This document shows, one piece after another, positions 1 to 1,428 of a stretch of DNA of 1,428 nt (the first letter of the stretch is position 1; every line of letters starts with the position of its first letter). Below the pieces are notes generated by a model. The model had not been told where the DNA came from, did not search any database, and worked only from the letters and a program-made list of their open reading frames with translations. Source of the DNA: a virus. Taxonomy: Duplodnaviria > Heunggongvirae > Uroviricota > Caudoviricetes. The position numbers were made by a program, and so were the translations under genes. The DNA lies in the IMG/VR virus record IMGVR_UViG_2585427757_000021; one strand, given 5' to 3'.

Positions 1-147
1 ATAACCTTCGCGGATATAGGTCACGCGAAAATCATCGACGGTTTTAATCGTTATCGTGCTGCCGTATTTATCCCGGAAAATATCGCCGGGGCGGATTTCA
101 GGCCGAGCGGGGCCGCTGGCAGTAAAGCCAGAATTTTTCTTTTTCAT
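1..147 (-). CDS. Small hypothetical protein, N-terminal 49 codons only (gene continues past window position 1): MKKKNSGFTASGPARPEIRPGDIFRDKYGSTITIKTVDDFRVTYIREGY...
   Basis: Hand translation of the reverse complement: ATG at 147-145 opens a frame that stays open to position 1. A GGAG sits 9 nt upstream of the ATG (complement of 157-160), inside the last codons of the upstream gene, which stops at 154-156. Not on the supplied ORF track, presumably because no stop lies in the window. The PGD-x-F/Y-RDKYG ... V-x-Y-x-R-E/D-GY pattern is reminiscent, from memory only, of small prophage proteins of the DUF4222 type; this is unverified. Confidence 0.5.
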   Translation of the reverse strand, partial: MKKKNSGFTASGPARPEIRPGDIFRDKYGSTITIKTVDDFRVTYIREGY

Positions 148-153
148 ATTTTT

Positions 154-372
154 TTACTCCAGAGGCAGCTTTTTAGCGGCGAGCTCAATATCAGATGTCA
201 GAGAAACCTGTGTATTTGCCAGGTCTAACAGCAAAGAAATAAGAATTTCTTCTCTGCTATCGGATTTATCGGTGCTAAGGCTGTTCATCCACATATTGAC
301 GACTTCCCTGATTTTTTTCGCAGAGTGCAGGGCTTCAAATGCCAGGTCTTCAATATCATGTTTATTTCGCAT
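154..372 (-). CDS. Small hypothetical protein, 72 aa from ATG at 372 (MRNKHDIEDLAFEALHSAKKIREVVNMWMNSLSTDKSDSREEILISLLLDLANTQVSLTSDIELAAKKLPLE); mildly acidic, predicted helical
   Basis: ORF track lists 154..402, but codon 402-400 is TTG, not ATG. In-frame ATGs lie at 387-385 and 372-370; the one at 372 is preceded by GGGGG plus 5 nt (complement of CCCCC at 378-382), the same architecture as the two upstream genes. Stop TAA at 156-154. Overlaps the upstream gene's stop (364-362) by 11 nt. About 13 acidic versus 9 basic residues. Confidence 0.6.
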   Translation of the reverse strand: MRNKHDIEDLAFEALHSAKKIREVVNMWMNSLSTDKSDSREEILISLLLDLANTQVSLTSDIELAAKKLPLE

Positions 373-607
373 AATCGCCCCCGCCATTTTCACAATCAGC
401 AATCAGGATGGCTTTTGCCTCATTCAGCGCCATATCAGCGGTAAGCTGTGCGTAAGCCAGCGAATGCGGGATTATCGCCCCTGTATATTCCGGCTCTCTG
501 GTAATGTGTTTTTCTGCGATTGCTACCGTGCATGAAATATCAATCAGCGCGTGCATCAGCGTTTTGATGGCTTCGGCGGCTGCGTCCGGACGGGTGTTAT
601 TGCACAT
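362..607 (-). CDS. Small hypothetical protein, 81 aa, Ala-rich and mildly acidic (MCNNTRPDAAAEAIKTLMHALIDISCTVAIAEKHITREPEYTGAIIPHSLAYAQLTADMALNEAKAILIADCENGGGDYAK)
   Basis: ATG at 607-605 preceded by AGGGGGTGAGAC (GGGGG plus 6 nt; complement of CCCCC at 614-618). Stop TAA at 364-362. The start overlaps the upstream gene's stop (599-597) by 11 nt. Same strand and phase logic as its neighbours. Confidence 0.65.
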   Translation of the reverse strand: MCNNTRPDAAAEAIKTLMHALIDISCTVAIAEKHITREPEYTGAIIPHSLAYAQLTADMALNEAKAILIADCENGGGDYAK

Positions 608-809
608 GTCTCACCCCCTGAATATTCGCGTTAATCATTCCGGCACGTTCTGCGAGTTCCTGTAATGATTCCCTTGTTGCGACAATGGCTTCATCTGGCA
701 GGTGGTAATTACACACCACGCGACCTTTATCCACATTGACCAGTAGCTGCCCGGTAAATTTCTCACGAAACTGAACGCGGTTAAGGTCGGTAAGTGACAG
801 GTTAATCAT
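597..809 (-). CDS. Small hypothetical protein, 70 aa (MINLSLTDLNRVQFREKFTGQLLVNVDKGRVVCNYHLPDEAIVATRESLQELAERAGMINANIQGVRHVQ)
   Basis: ATG at 809-807 preceded by AGGGGGAACACC (GGGGG plus 6 nt; complement of CCCCC at 816-820). The start overlaps the upstream gene's TAA (804-802) by 8 nt (minus strand reads CATGATTAA). Stop TAA at 599-597. Confidence 0.65.
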   Translation of the reverse strand: MINLSLTDLNRVQFREKFTGQLLVNVDKGRVVCNYHLPDEAIVATRESLQELAERAGMINANIQGVRHVQ

Positions 810-1005
810 GGTGTTCCCCCTGGCGAATACGGGCAGCGAATACCATCACGCAGCCATCAGGAGATTGCTGACGCGCTTCCTGTTCGCTGGTGGCCTCAAT
901 GGTAATCACGCGCGGTTGTGCCGTGCTCAGGGCGATAAAACGCCAGATGTATTTATTCAGGTTGTACGAGTCCCGCCCTTGCGGGTGTCTGGTATAATTT
1001 CTCAT
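802..1005 (-). CDS. Small hypothetical protein, 67 aa, first gene of the leftward operon (MRNYTRHPQGRDSYNLNKYIWRFIALSTAQPRVITIEATSEQEARQQSPDGCVMVFAARIRQGEHHD)
   Basis: ATG at 1005-1003 preceded by GAGG plus 5 nt (minus strand ...AGTATCGAGGCAGCT-ATG). Codon choice read by eye is enterobacterial-like (CTG, GCC, CGC, CAG, ACC). Lies about 100 nt downstream of the predicted leftward promoter. Stop TAA at 804-802. Confidence 0.65.
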   Translation of the reverse strand: MRNYTRHPQGRDSYNLNKYIWRFIALSTAQPRVITIEATSEQEARQQSPDGCVMVFAARIRQGEHHD

Positions 1006-1051
1006 AGCTGCCTCGATACTTCTGCTATCGTTGGTGGTTAGACGCCCTGCA

Positions 1052-1064
1052 TGTGTGCGAGCAC
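1052..1064. promoter_or_regulatory. Degenerate operator-like site TGTGTGCGAGCAC (GTGC-GA-GCAC, the core palindrome split by 2 bp)
   Basis: Fourth motif copy, in the ~100-nt leader of the leftward operon. Centre is about 48 bp from the 1102-1113 site, giving a roughly symmetric 48 / 23 / 47 bp spacing across the four sites. Confidence 0.3.
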
Positions 1065-1081
1065 TGCGGGGCGTTGCTTAA

Positions 1082-1101
1082 TTTGAGTGACAAAACTCAA
1101 A
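1082..1101. repeat. Inverted repeat TTTGAGT-GACAAA-ACTCAAA (7-bp arms, 6-nt loop)
   Basis: Perfect 7-bp inverted repeat directly abutting the 1102-1113 palindrome, inside the transcribed leader of the leftward operon. AT-rich and not followed by a U-tract on either strand. Confidence 0.4.
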
Positions 1102-1113
1102 CTGTGCGCACAG
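1102..1113. promoter_or_regulatory. Operator-like perfect 12-bp palindrome CTGTGCGCACAG
   Basis: Exact reverse-complement symmetry. Located immediately downstream of the leftward -10 box, at the predicted transcription start. Shares its TGTGCGCACA core with the site at 1126-1135. Confidence 0.55.
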
Positions 1114-1141
1114 ATTAAAATCATGTGTGCGCACATGTCAA
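1114..1141 (-). promoter_or_regulatory. Predicted sigma70 promoter for the leftward small-gene operon: -35 TTGACA (complement of 1136-1141), 16-bp spacer, -10 TTTAAT (complement of 1114-1119)
   Basis: Minus strand reads TTGACA-TGTGCGCACACATGAT-TTTAAT-CTGTGCGCACAG. The -35 is a perfect consensus and the -10 matches 5 of 6. One palindromic operator copy fills the spacer and a second starts immediately after the -10, over the expected transcription start. Confidence 0.55.
1126..1135. promoter_or_regulatory. Operator-like perfect 10-bp palindrome TGTGCGCACA
   Basis: Exact palindrome lying inside the 16-bp spacer of the leftward promoter. Its centre is 23 bp from the centre of the 1102-1113 palindrome, about two helical turns. 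Confidence 0.55.
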
Positions 1142-1144
1142 TAC

Positions 1145-1173
1145 TTAACATCTCATTTTTTTTGCTGTATTGT
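1145..1173 (+). promoter_or_regulatory. Candidate sigma70 promoter for the rightward RHH gene: -35 TTAACA (1145-1150), 17-bp spacer, -10 TATTGT (1168-1173, preceded by TG at 1166-1167)
   Basis: The -35 matches 5 of 6 and the -10 matches 4 of 6. It sits back-to-back with the leftward promoter, with the two -35 boxes 3 bp apart. The operator-like site at 1173-1182 overlaps the -10 and start region. Weaker match than the leftward promoter. Confidence 0.3.
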
Positions 1174-1182
1174 GTGCGCCCA
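1173..1182. promoter_or_regulatory. Operator-like site TGTGCGCCCA, 9 of 10 match to TGTGCGCACA
   Basis: Third copy of the motif, overlapping the candidate -10 and start of the rightward promoter, about 28 nt upstream of the RHH gene ATG. Centre is about 47 bp from the 1126-1135 site. Confidence 0.4.
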
Positions 1183-1209
1183 TAAAGTCCATTTAAGTGA
1201 GGTGCATCA

Positions 1210-1428
1210 ATGTCTAGCGGTAACACAAACAACAAATCAGCAAAGAAAAATATTCGATTCCCACATGAGCTTATAGATGGGATTGATGCCAGCGTTGAAC
1301 AAGAAAAATTAACTAATCCTAGTGCTAATTTTTCCGCATGGGTCTTACTGCCGGTAAACGCAAATCAAAAGACGACAGCGCCGCAAGGCCAAAGAGCAGG
1401 AGTAACCACCACCAGCGCCGTGGTGTAA
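1210..1428 (+). CDS. Putative ribbon-helix-helix (Arc/MetJ/CopG-like) DNA-binding protein, 72 aa, with a low-complexity C-terminal tail (MSSGNTNNKSAKKNIRFPHELIDGIDASVEQEKLTNPSANFSAWVLLPVNANQKTTAPQGQRAGVTTTSAVV)
   Basis: ATG at 1210 preceded by GAGGTG (1199-1204) with a 5-nt spacer; stop TAA at 1426-1428. The segment KNIRFPHELIDGIDASVEQEKL-TNPSANFSAWV fits the RHH beta-strand / helix A / turn / helix B pattern (compare Arc FNLRWPREVLDLVRKVAEENGRSVNSEIYQRV, recalled from memory). The C-terminal ~25 residues are Thr/Ala/Gln/Gly-rich and probably disordered. Fold assignment is by pattern recognition only. Confidence 0.7.
   Translation: MSSGNTNNKSAKKNIRFPHELIDGIDASVEQEKLTNPSANFSAWVLLPVNANQKTTAPQGQRAGVTTTSAVV

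Noticed and set aside
154-402. TTG at 402 as the start of the fourth gene, as implied by the ORF track
   Set aside because: The codon is a non-ATG start with no SD at suitable spacing, whereas the in-frame ATG at 372 has the conserved GGGGG-N5 context. The longer version is retained only as an alternative.
56-535. Plus-strand ORF of 159 aa on the supplied track
   Set aside because: It runs antisense across three tightly coupled minus-strand genes that each have a good RBS. Its product is low complexity (FFFFIFF run, Ser/Leu/Ile-rich), there is no convincing SD before the ATG at 56, and no promoter is evident. It looks like the typical long antisense shadow ORF of a coding region.
808-1041. 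Plus-strand ORF of 77 aa antisense to the first operon gene
   Set aside because: It is fully embedded opposite 802..1005, which has an SD, sits directly downstream of the strong leftward promoter and shows host-like codon choice. The plus ORF has no recognisable RBS or promoter and would run convergently into the control region.
1082-1101. Inverted repeat as a rho-independent terminator
   Set aside because: The stem is only 7 bp and AT-rich, and no T/U-tract follows on either strand. It also lies between a promoter and the first gene it drives, so it is more plausibly a binding site or leader structure.
1052-1182. Repeated TGTGCGCACA motif as a CRISPR array or mobile-element terminal inverted repeats
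   Set aside because: There are only four copies of 10-13 bp with irregular 23-48 bp spacing, palindromic rather than direct, confined to a promoter region with no Cas or transposase context. This is operator architecture, not a CRISPR array or IS ends.
1038-1235. Minus-strand ORF of 65 aa spanning the control region
   Set aside because: It covers both promoters and all palindromic operators, would begin inside the RHH gene's coding start, has no SD upstream of its ATG, and translates to a Cys/His/Leu-rich low-complexity peptide that simply mirrors the palindromes. It is most likely non-coding regulatory DNA.
1-1428. Whole window scanned for rRNA, tRNA or other structured RNA genes
   Set aside because: No tRNA-like cloverleaf arrangement and no rRNA-like conserved segments were recognised by eye; the window is essentially saturated by small CDSs plus one control region.

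Overview
This 1428-bp window looks like a compact divergent regulatory module, read from sequence alone with no database search. A ~200-bp control region (1006-1209) carries two back-to-back sigma70-like promoters and four copies of a TGTGCGCACA-type palindrome. Leftward (minus strand) it drives a tightly packed operon of at least five very small genes (67, 70, 81, 72 aa and a fifth running off the window at position 1); the junctions overlap by 8-11 nt, and the second to fourth genes carry a GGGGG Shine-Dalgarno-like run 5-6 nt before the ATG. Rightward (plus strand) sits a 72-aa ORF with a strong RBS whose N-terminal half has an Arc/MetJ/CopG-like ribbon-helix-helix pattern, making it the best candidate for the protein that binds the palindromes. 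None of the small proteins is recognisably a known family to me, so all gene symbols are left empty. The layout resembles a phage, satellite or mobile-element immunity/early switch, or an autoregulated RHH-antitoxin-type locus, but that is inference. No rRNA, tRNA, CRISPR array, IS termini or intrinsic terminator was seen. Three ORFs on the supplied track (56..535 +, 808..1041 +, 1038..1235 -) are judged spurious.
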